This document shows positions 27,024-36,157 of a stretch of 64,000 nucleotides of DNA, piece after piece. The notes beneath the pieces are model-generated. The model was not told the DNA's origin and searched no databases. It saw only the letters and a list, made by a program, of their open reading frames with translations. The translations under genes were made by a program, and so were the position numbers. The stretch's first letter is position 1. Each line of letters begins with the position of its first letter. The stretch spans positions 513,695 to 577,694 of the forward strand of contig RDEW01000026.1 of assembly GCA_011109175.1 (NCBI GenBank), read 5' to 3'. The DNA is from Dicyema japonicum (taxonomy: Eukaryota > Animalia > Dicyemida).

Positions 27024-27599
27024 ATGGAGTCGTGGAGAATCCAAAAAGTTTACAATTTTTCCAATTTTAGAGAAAAAAGACATTATGGGAGTTTTTGTTG
27101 GATCTTCTTGAGGATCAAAAACACAGATATATTATAAAATGGATTAATAATAAAAACGAATTTAAATTCATGGATCCGGAAAAGGTGTCTCGACTTTGGG
27201 GAATCCATAAAAACAGACCAAAAATGAATTATGAAAAGTTAAGTCGGTCCTTACGATACTATTACAAGAAAGAAATCATCAAAAAAGTTGATGGACATCG
27301 TTTCGTATATAAATTTATCATGAATGTCCGACAAGTTATATTATTTTTAATTGAAGAACAAAAAATTTCATGAAAGCATAAAGCCTAATGTAATGAAACC
27401 TGAAAATGAGAAATGCAATCTTTCAACGTTCACTACAAAGGACTTACCATTTTCATTAAAAAATTTAATTGAAATCCCCAAAAGTCAACCAAAAGGAATT
27501 ATCCAACAAAAATTAAATAACAAAAATTTAAAGTTATTATGTGTTGACATGTCTAGTACTTCAGAGATCAATCCATTTACTGTTGATTTTCTTTTATAA
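27024..27599 (+). CDS. ETS-domain transcription factor (3 exons, ~176 aa)
   Basis: Introns 27048-27070 (23 nt) and 27335-27356 (22 nt). ETS domain LWEFLLDLL...[23 protein letters not shown]...HRFVYKF. Confidence 0.9.
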
Positions 27600-28649
27600 G
27601 TTTATTGGTTTAAATAAATCCTTTTATTAATTTTACACTGCAAATACAATTTGTTTCCCAAAGCAGGAAGGAAGTTAATATTTTTTAATTCTTAATAACA
27701 CAATCTGTCTTAATGTAACAAAAGTTAGATTTTATATCAAATTAAATGAAAAACACTTCAGTTATTCACACGAATTACTGGAAATGATCATCTTTTGGGG
27801 GAATTAACTGCCAACTCCTCTCCGAGTCAAACGTGAACTAATTAATAATGAGTAGGAAATTTAGCATAATTAGATGGAAATATGTCAAAATCAAGACATA
27901 AACGAATGAGTCAAACAATGAATACTTATTTATTAAAAATCAGACCAATAAATCATATCTGATTTCATCCACTCATCCCAAAAATGGAAACTCTTTACAT
28001 GGGATCTAATCGAAACTACCATGTGTAGGGAAAAGCCGTGAACGCAGAGGCAATAAATGCTGATTGATGCTAGACTAGTTTCAGGTTTGATCCCTTCTTC
28101 AGAGATACAAGGTTTCTAACCTTCGTGAGTCAGTCATTTTAGCAGTTCAACATGCAATCCATGTAGGTAATGTAGGATCTGATGCTCGTTAACTGAAGGG
28201 AGAAACCAGAAAAGGCTAGTGATGAGCAAATATCAATGCCCCTGTAACATAAAATGGATCCAATCATTGCCATCAAAAGATATGTTAAAGATATTTTTTG
28301 ACGATCTCAGCATCCAGTTGATGGCAGTGAGTCGAAAATAATAAGGTTGTAAGAAAAAGTGCCATGTTATTCTTTGTAAGAAAGTTGAGAATTTCCAATG
28401 GGATAGAGATAGCTGAAACGATAACGTCTGTAGCATTGATAATATATAGTTGATAAAAGTCGTTCTTAGAGCATGTCATGTTTATTATTTTGCATTTGGA
28501 AAAATTTAATTATGTTCGAGTGGAGAGAGGGTGGACCTGGGATCGTCTATATATTCGACTTACAGGTCCTCTAGCGAACCTGTAAAGAATTCGGAAGATT
28601 GCAACCTAGAATCTGTTGATTATTTATTAATATTTATTTGAGAATTACC

Positions 28650-29920
28650 ATGAAAGATTTTAAAAACAACTAATTAAGTGATCCAAGATTCCATTAATTC
28701 ATACTCTCCTTACGTTGTCTTCCAAGTTCAAACTGTACTGTACTGAAAGGTAGAGCTTACGTCAATGCCTACAAAGGAACTCAATCAGGAAATCTTCCTT
28801 TAGGACCGATCGACATTTCTCTGCGGGAAAGATTGCACCAATGGGTTCCCTGGTTCTTCTAGCCGCGACCATGGGTACTCGTGGATTCCCTTTAAAGGAA
28901 AATGGAGAGGAAGGGTTGTAATATTGTTGAAAACAAACATGTAGTCCGTTTTATTGAATTTAGTTTGTCGAGATTAGATGAGGATATTGCAATTCTATTC
29001 GATTGTTAGAACGATTTCTTGGCAGTCTTGATATGAAGCCAACAGGAGGGAATGGTCCTTCTTTATAATTTCCTTCACCACATTCAACATCAGGAGTCTC
29101 TTGGTCAAGACTTTTTCAGCTTGATAAGAGAAGGTCATTAGTGAGTCGTAAGTAACCCCGAATGGTATTTCATGATTGGGGGAACGTTTAGTGGTCTCCG
29201 TAGTAACGAAATGGACGCTTTTTTCTAAGATTTCAATAGTATACTGAGAAATCGGTTTTGTAATACCTCCAGCTTGGTCTGTGCCGATAGTTATAGCGGA
29301 ACAATCCATGCAGCATAGGCGTACTGGATACTAGGAAGAACAAATTGTTTGTATAGAAGCTCTAACGATGAGCTGAAAGATATTGGGGAGTGAGTGAAAG
29401 CCTTAAGAATTTCAATTTTCTTTTCGATTCTCGCAGTTACCAGGTCCACTTAATGAGTAAATGTAAGAAAAAGATCCATGATGACTCCAAGGATTGAACA
29501 GGTCTTCTTAATGGGAAGCGGAGAGTCATACAGTTTTATTTGTGGTGTTTCCGTAATTCTTTTCGTGCTGAGGTAAACGTTATTACAAATTTCCTATATC
29601 TTCAGGAACCAAAGACCCATCAGGTCTGGTAGACCTCACTGCGACCACAAGATCATCCGAATACGATAAAAAAATTGTATTTTTGGTGGTTGGAGATGGG
29701 AGGTCACTGAGAACATGTTGAAGAGGATTGGTGATAACGGTGATACTTGTGGAACTTTATTTGGAAGATATCACAGTTTTGGTTTTTGCAACTACTTGGC
29801 CCATTCGATAGCTGATACTGAGTCAAAAGCCTTCTCTACATCCACTGAGACCAGCACGGTTCTCTCGTGTTGATTTGGGGTATTCAGGCCCTCCGAAATG
29901 AATTTTTTAAACCCCAAGAC
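28650..29920 (-). mobile_element. Ingi-like LINE, RT and 3' part, decayed
   Basis: SVDVEKAFDSV-like segment, YSDD, FGVTYD, GSLN/GIT-type end. Confidence 0.7.
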
Positions 29921-29924
29921 CACC

Positions 29925-30530
29925 AGGAAAGAAAAAATTAACTTGCTAAATTAAGTGATCCCAGCCTACAATATCTCTCGAATTCTCTTCAAATGCTCCG
30001 CCAGTAAACCAATAGCGTCTCTGAAGTGTCTTCTTTTATTTCTGCAGAGGAATTCTATCGGAGTGCAATTTTTCAATGCCAATCTGAATTCCTCCGCATG
30101 ACCCTCTCTCTGAATGGGTTTCCTAGCTCATTGCACATACGTAGGAAGCCTAGGCCATTTCTCACCGTAGCTTCCTCTGAAAGCAGACTGGGATCGGATG
30201 TGGAGTCTGATTGTATATACCTCATGATCTTCCGTCTGAGAGAATTCACACGCTCCACCCTCGTAGAAGGAATGGCGAATCACAAGGCAGAACAAGCATA
30301 TTCAATCGTCGGCGCAATAACTTGAAGATATACTTTGCTGATCCAACCAGTAGAGGGAAGGGGCTTTTCTCTACGATGGCTTTTAGGACGGTCCATTTTC
30401 AAAGACTCTTGGTTAACATTTCCTCCGTGTGACTGGCGAACGTCATCAGAGAGTCGAAGGTTAACCAAGGATCTTCTGGATTCGTGTATAAGGGATGGGA
30501 ATGTTTCCGAGAAATATCTCAAGTCCACCT
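29925..30530 (-). mobile_element. Ingi-like LINE 3' fragment
   Basis: LQVIAPTIEYACSA; C-terminus homologous to 4900-5290; GIT* end and 3' stem. Confidence 0.75.
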
Positions 30531-30569
30531 TTAAAATTTACTTTATTAAGTAATTTATTGACTAGTGCC

Positions 30570-31060
30570 TGTTCTTTAACACCCTGACATCTTTTCTTTT
30601 TCCCATCTGGTTATCAGAAACAAGGCCAAACGCTTCCACATAATCCGCTAGCTTGGCATTGATACACTTTGTCATAAGTTTATAAAGTGATGACATGCAT
30701 GTAATAGGGCGTAAGTCCTTTGGCGACTGTGGCGCTTCGCATTTTGGATCAAGTACGTAATTCCAGTAAAAAACTATTTTTCCAGTACTCTCAGTTTACA
30801 ATCCTAAGCATTTCGGTAAAGATGAATTAATGCAGAGAGGTAAATTTATTAAGGAAGAAATTGTAGATCCCATCACAACCTGGGGCCTTCCAATTCGGCA
30901 GATCGTTTGCTCAAACACATTTTTCGAAAATTCAACAGACACATTTTCTGCACCAATCAATCTTTTTTCGATATTAAAACTTTCCGAATTTAGACTCCTC
31001 CTTTTCCATAATTCTTCCCAGTAATCTGCGCATTTTTCATTATCAATTGAGGTATTACGT
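30570..31060 (-). mobile_element. R4-like RT N-terminal fragment
   Basis: CADYWEELWK, PGCDG, DLRPITCMSSLYKLMTKC. Confidence 0.65.
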
Positions 31061-31619
31061 CGCGCGCACAACGCACAACCATGCACAACGTGCAACAAAT
31101 CATGTGTCAATCAATGTCATGTCAAAATCACGCCATGTCATTCGATGGTAGATTAGATAATATGTCGCGTCCCGCCGGGTTACCCATCCACTGCTGGTTA
31201 CATTTCACTTGTCAATCACATGTCACTTGTCATTTCTTATCAAAAATCAAAGAATTTACGACATGTCACCTATCATCAAATCAACACTTGGTTTCTAATC
31301 AAAAATCAAAGAATATATTTTTTTAAGTCTATATTTTCTTGACTCGACTCATGTTGACTATTTTCAATTCTCTTGATCCTGCCTTAATCTGTGATAAAAA
31401 ATTAAATAACTTCTATTCGGTTGTTTGACAAAATCTGAGTGATTTTACTTGGCTCTTCATATGGAGATTCAAATCTGCTCAACTTTGTCCATAATCCTTT
31501 AAAACTCGTATCTAAATATATTCACTAAAAATACCTCATTTCCAATAAAAAATTATACTTTGATTGATGAACGTTCATTCTTTTGTTCATCCGTTCAATA
31601 AACGTTCATTCTTTTGTTC

Positions 31620-32073
31620 ACTCCCGAGAAAACATAAAATTAGTTAAGTTTCGATTGTGCCGTATTCTAATCATCCTCTCCGTCAGCCTCGACCATGATC
31701 CTCTGTTGCGCGCTAGTTCTCTTAGGTAGTCTAGGTCGTCCGCCATTTCCATTATAATATTAGATGCTGCCCAAACTCTTGTAACACAGTGAATCAGGTC
31801 CTGATGGACTGCAAATCCGAGATCATAATGTCGGCAGGCCCATGAGAGAGTAAAAAGGTGGAATTTTCTAAACAATTGTAAATTATATTATACGGTCGTT
31901 TTTGTCTCTTGTAGACAGCTGACAGAGAAGTCGTATTTTGTTAGATTGCATATTAGTTGGTGTTTCTTGTAAAGTTGTTTCCTGCAATTAAAAGATCCCA
32001 GAGTGAACGGAGAAGTCAATAAGAATACGAATAAGACATAGTGCAATAGAAGCGTCGTCACCACCTCAACCAA
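31620..32073 (-). mobile_element. Short, internally deleted RTE-like element
   Basis: APE start LGSFNCR...CLQETK joined to the RTE C-terminus DDLDYLRELARNRGSWSRLT. Confidence 0.65.
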
Positions 32074-32107
32074 TAAATTACAATTAAATATAATTTAATA
32101 AAATATA

Positions 32108-33759
32108 CAGTCCCGTGCGAATGTTACCGACAGGGTCAAGTATTTAATAAGATAAGCAAAAATGTTACTTTTATTTGATAATTTTTATTATTTTAAAAAG
32201 CAAATATGCTTTTTAAATTTTAGTCAAACTAATCAATTTTTTATTTCATCCATTAAAAATAGGATTTTTTCACTTTTTATTTTTAATAACGAAAATTAAA
32301 GCCAGAACCCGGAAAACCGGGATCACTTAGTTAGTAGTTAACTTTTAACTTTTTCTAATCCGGTGATCTTGGGGTTAAAAAAAACGAAAATTAAGCCGTG
32401 CATATGTTACCGCCATTTAAAGGAATTAGATATATCTGAAGTCAAGTATTAATTATTTTATTTTTAAATTCTTTAAATGTACAATAAAATTAAAAAAACG
32501 TTAAATTCCACGTGTTTCAGTTGAAAATCGTTATAAAATCATATTTTTTTATTGAAAATGAGACTCCGATTTCTAAAGTTGCTAGTACTCTCTGAATTGG
32601 CAGAAGTACAGTTCGTGAAATTCATAAGCGCTATATTGAAGGATATGGCTGCAATGATAAACCTAAATCTGGCCGGGAAAAAATTTTGTCGTCACGATAT
32701 GAAAGAATTCTCGTCCGAAATTCTGTGTGCAATCCCAAAAAAACATCTAATCAGATCCGAACAGACTGTGATGTCTCTCATCTTGTCAGTAATGATACTG
32801 TAAAAAGAATATTTCGTCAAAATAATCTTTTCGGACGAGCAGCGGTCAAAAAACCATTGCTTACTGAGCCTCAAAAACAAAAAGAAAATTGTGGTGCAAA
32901 ACTAAAATACTCTTCGAATGGAAAAATGTAATTTTCAGCGATGAGTGTCGGATTTCATTGAGTCTCGAATCGAGAGAATATGTTAAAAGACCTCGAGGAT
33001 CTCGATTTGAAACAAAGTATACAACTAAGACAATTAAATATTCACCCTCTATTATGGTATGGGGTGAAATTAGAAATGATGGAAAACGAGTGCTAGAAAT
33101 GTAAATTCTGTTGAATTTTATGCACTGGAAATGTAAATTCTGTTGAATATCAACGAATTCTTTCTGAAAGACTTGTTGAAATTTATCAAAGGATACTTTT
33201 TTACAACAAGATGGTGCTCCTTCACATACTTCAAGTCTACAAAAGAATATCTCCAAAACAGAGATCACAGTTTTAGAAAATTGGCCTCCACAATCTCCAG
33301 ACCTGAATATTATTGAGACTTGTTGGAGTATCTAAAATAAAAGTCCAAAAACAGTTTCAGAACTGTGGATAACCGCTCAAAATATTTGGAACACTATGGA
33401 CAATGAATATATACAATTATTACACAAATCCATGCCTAAAAGAATTGACGAAGTTATTTTCAATAAAGGAGGAACTTCTAAATATTGATTTTACAATTTT
33501 TTTAACAAAATCTCGGTTCATCTTTAATTTTGAGTAAAGTGGCGGTAATATATGCATGGGTTAATTTTCGTTAAAAAAAATGAAAAGTGGAAAAATCCCA
33601 TTTTTAAGGGATGAAATAAAAAAATAAAAAATTGATTAGGTTGGCTAAAATTTAAAAAGCATATTTGCTTTTTAAAATAATAAAAATTATCAAATAAAAG
33701 TAACATTTTGCTTATCTTATGAATTACTTGACCCTGGCGGTAACATTTGCACGGAACTG
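32108..33759 (+). mobile_element. Tc1-like transposon with long TIRs, frameshifted DD34E transposase
   Basis: TA|CAGTCCCGTGC...GCACGGAACTG|TA; TIRs >200 bp; KKPLL, WKNVIFSDE, MVWG, LQQDGAPSH, WPPQSPDLNIIE. Confidence 0.92.
32304..32382 (+). mobile_element. 79-bp Ingi-like 3' stub inside the left Tc1 TIR
   Basis: TSD AACGAAAATTAA(A)GCC (32288-32303, 32383-32397); homologous to 57865-57925. Confidence 0.8.
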
Positions 33760-33767
33760 TAGTAATA

Positions 33768-35153
33768 TGTCACATGGGCATGGGCAGCCTGTTACATTTT
33801 TTCACCTTGAAAAGGTCTTTTAATTATCCGACATTTAATTTTGTATATCCGATTTATATCGTGATTTAATTCTATTAAATTAGTTTTTTTATTCATAAAT
33901 GTTATGATTATAAAGATTTTATTTTTTATATCGGTAAACCTAGATTTCTAGCATGGAAGATTATTTTGTTGCAATGGCTTCTTACAAGAGTTTTGTGAAA
34001 GATTGCGTTGAATATCAAACTTTAAAAGATGCATGCATGATAAATTTTCCGAAAAATCTTCCGAGGCACCGAAAATATAGGCTTGTAAAGAAGATAGAGA
34101 ATTTTTCCATTATCAATGACAAGTATTGTAAATTTGCAATAATTTTAGACTGTATCTTAAATCAACTGATTCCAATAAACAGTCATTGACATATATAGTA
34201 GGTTGGTTTTTTTTAATTTATAGATTCGCTTTTGTACGACCACTATATAAGGAGTCTGGTAAAGAAGTATGTGAAAACTTAAGATCTTTGTTCCGCCTGA
34301 ATGGGCCATGTAAATTTTTTCAGTCGGACAATTGTTCTGAATTTAAAAATCAAGAAATAACAAAACTTTGCGAAAATTTTAACATTAAGAAAATTCACGG
34401 AAGGCATAACAATCCACGAGCACAAGGAATTGTCGAAAGATTTAATCAGACGATCACGAGGAAGTTGTCAAAAATTCTGGATAACAGTGAAAAAAAGTGG
34501 CTTGATAAATTAGAAAGTGCTGTCTACAGTTATAACATATTGGTCCATTCATTTTCCAACGAAAGTCCTTTCGAAAGATATCGAGGAATTAAGGGAATAA
34601 ATTCAATAATTAATGGTTATACTTATATCAGATTATGACTTATATAATTTAAGTGATGAGTGTGCGATTCCAGAACAAATTGACGATTTGGTTAATTGTT
34701 CGACTCCAGAATCTATTGAAAATTCACGTAGTTTGATTTTAAAAATTTATATCTAGATAATTCCCAGTCAGATAATTTGTGTCCGAATGCGAAGAGATTC
34801 AAATACTTTTAACATGGGAGATAAAGTATAAATTAAAAACATTAATAAATAGGTTCGGGCTAAAAAGGACTTTGGAACAAATCCCTCATTGCGACTGGAT
34901 AAGTTTGAGTCTCAGTATTATCCAGTTGCAAAAATAATTAATATTTTATCGAATAATCGCATGGAGGTAGTTTTAAATAGTTTAATTTGATAGATAAAAA
35001 ATTCGAAAGGAGAAATATCGACTGTATTAATGAGTAAACTAAAAAAGTTACTTAAATTTAATTTTTTGTGGTTAATAAATCATTTATAAAATTAATTGAA
35101 GTTCAAGGTTAATGTAACAGGCAGCCCATAGGTATCGCTTGGCCCATGTGACA
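33768..35153 (+). mobile_element. Ginger-like DNA transposon (Gypsy-type integrase, TGT..ACA TIRs)
   Basis: TIRs TGTCACATGGGC...CCTGTTACATT, 5-bp TSD TAATA (33763-33767, 35154-35158). Integrase VIDIYSR|FAFVRPL, FQSDN..EF, NPRAQGIVERFNQT, with tiny introns. Confidence 0.85.
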
Positions 35154-35229
35154 TAATATAGTTCCTCGTTCTCTCAGCGGGACTTGAACGATGCTATATG
35201 CTTGAATTCTTTCAAAGATTTGCTAGTAT

Positions 35230-35860
35230 TATCTAGTCAACATCGCCATGCCTGTTTGTTGTCGGAGGGCGTCTTCCGAGAGCGGTGCCTGGCTCAACGC
35301 CATTCCCAAAGGAGTTCTGCGTACCTTCCTGGATGATACATGTGTCCGCATTGGGATCTCATTGCGACCGGGATTAAAGGTCTGTGTTACACATCCGTGC
35401 CGATGCGGAGACCAGATCAACTGTTTCGGCCTACTTTCTCTTTTGCAGGAAAAGTGCAGGCAGATTTCCCAGACAAATGGCCTTGAACGAAGTCGTTAGG
35501 TGAGCTTTGGACGCCCCTCCATGCTCAAACCTGTCGGTCTTTGCAGGCGGGACGGGACGACCGAGGCGGGACGGGAAAACGATCTTCCTTTTCGAAGCCG
35601 AGAAACCTTTTGTCTGGGACATTACCTGCACCGACACATTTGCCTCTTGCAACCTACACCAGAGTGCCTCTGGAGCTTGTTCTGCCGCTGAGAAGGCCGA
35701 GAAGATGAAACGGGAAAAGTACGCGGTCCTACCCAAGGATTTTTTGTTTGTTCCACTCACCGTTGAGACGTCTGGCTCCCTTGCGCCTGCGACGCTGGAA
35801 TTCTTGAGTCGTCTAGGGAATCGAATCGCTACACAAACAGGAGACCTTCGTGAGCTCTTA
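35230..35860 (+). mobile_element. CRE-like endonuclease fragment
   Basis: SGAWLNAIP, HPCRCG, PVGLCRRDG, WDITCTDTF, FVPLTVETSG. Confidence 0.8.
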
Positions 35861-35929
35861 AAATCATATATTTAATTTAGGTTTCAATGGAATTAAAAAG
35901 CAAATTCAATGAATATGGGCCTTGTATGA

Positions 35930-36100
35930 TTTTACAATCAGACAATGGTACAGAATTTAAAAATTCTAATATTCAGGCAATTTAATATTAAACAAGTTCA
36001 CGGAAGACCAAACAATCCTCGTTCTCAAGGCATTCAGTTGTTTGTATATATTTTTAAGGTATCATAGAACGATTCAATCAAACCATCACACGGATTCTGG
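35930..36100 (+). mobile_element. Second Ginger-like integrase fragment with a 29-nt intron-like insert
   Basis: LQSDNGTEF, HGRPNNPRSQG|IIERFNQTI when 36030-36058 is removed. Confidence 0.7.
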
Positions 36101-36104
36101 AAAA

Positions 36105-36157
36105 AAATGTCATGTGGCTCGCCGACGACGTGGTGGCATTTGAAAAAAAAGAACCAC
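36105..36157 (+). ncRNA. HDV-like pseudoknot leader lacking P4 and the catalytic C
   Basis: P1 AAAUGUC/GGCAUUU, P2 GUGGCUC/GAACCAC, P3 GCC/GGU, L3 GACGACGU. Confidence 0.6.

Noticed and set aside
28060-28480. Possible Tc1/IS630-like remnant
   Set aside because: Only vague motif similarity, many stops and no TIRs.
28535-28590. GC-rich stems with GCGAA as an HDV ribozyme
   Set aside because: The two possible helices are mutually exclusive and P3/L3 is missing.
31571-31620. Two-copy 30-bp tandem repeat as a CRISPR-like array
   Set aside because: Only two units, at an RTE 3' end, in eukaryotic DNA.
32034-32073. Shared leader as a tRNA fragment
   Set aside because: A-box-like start, but no anticodon stem, B box or cloverleaf.
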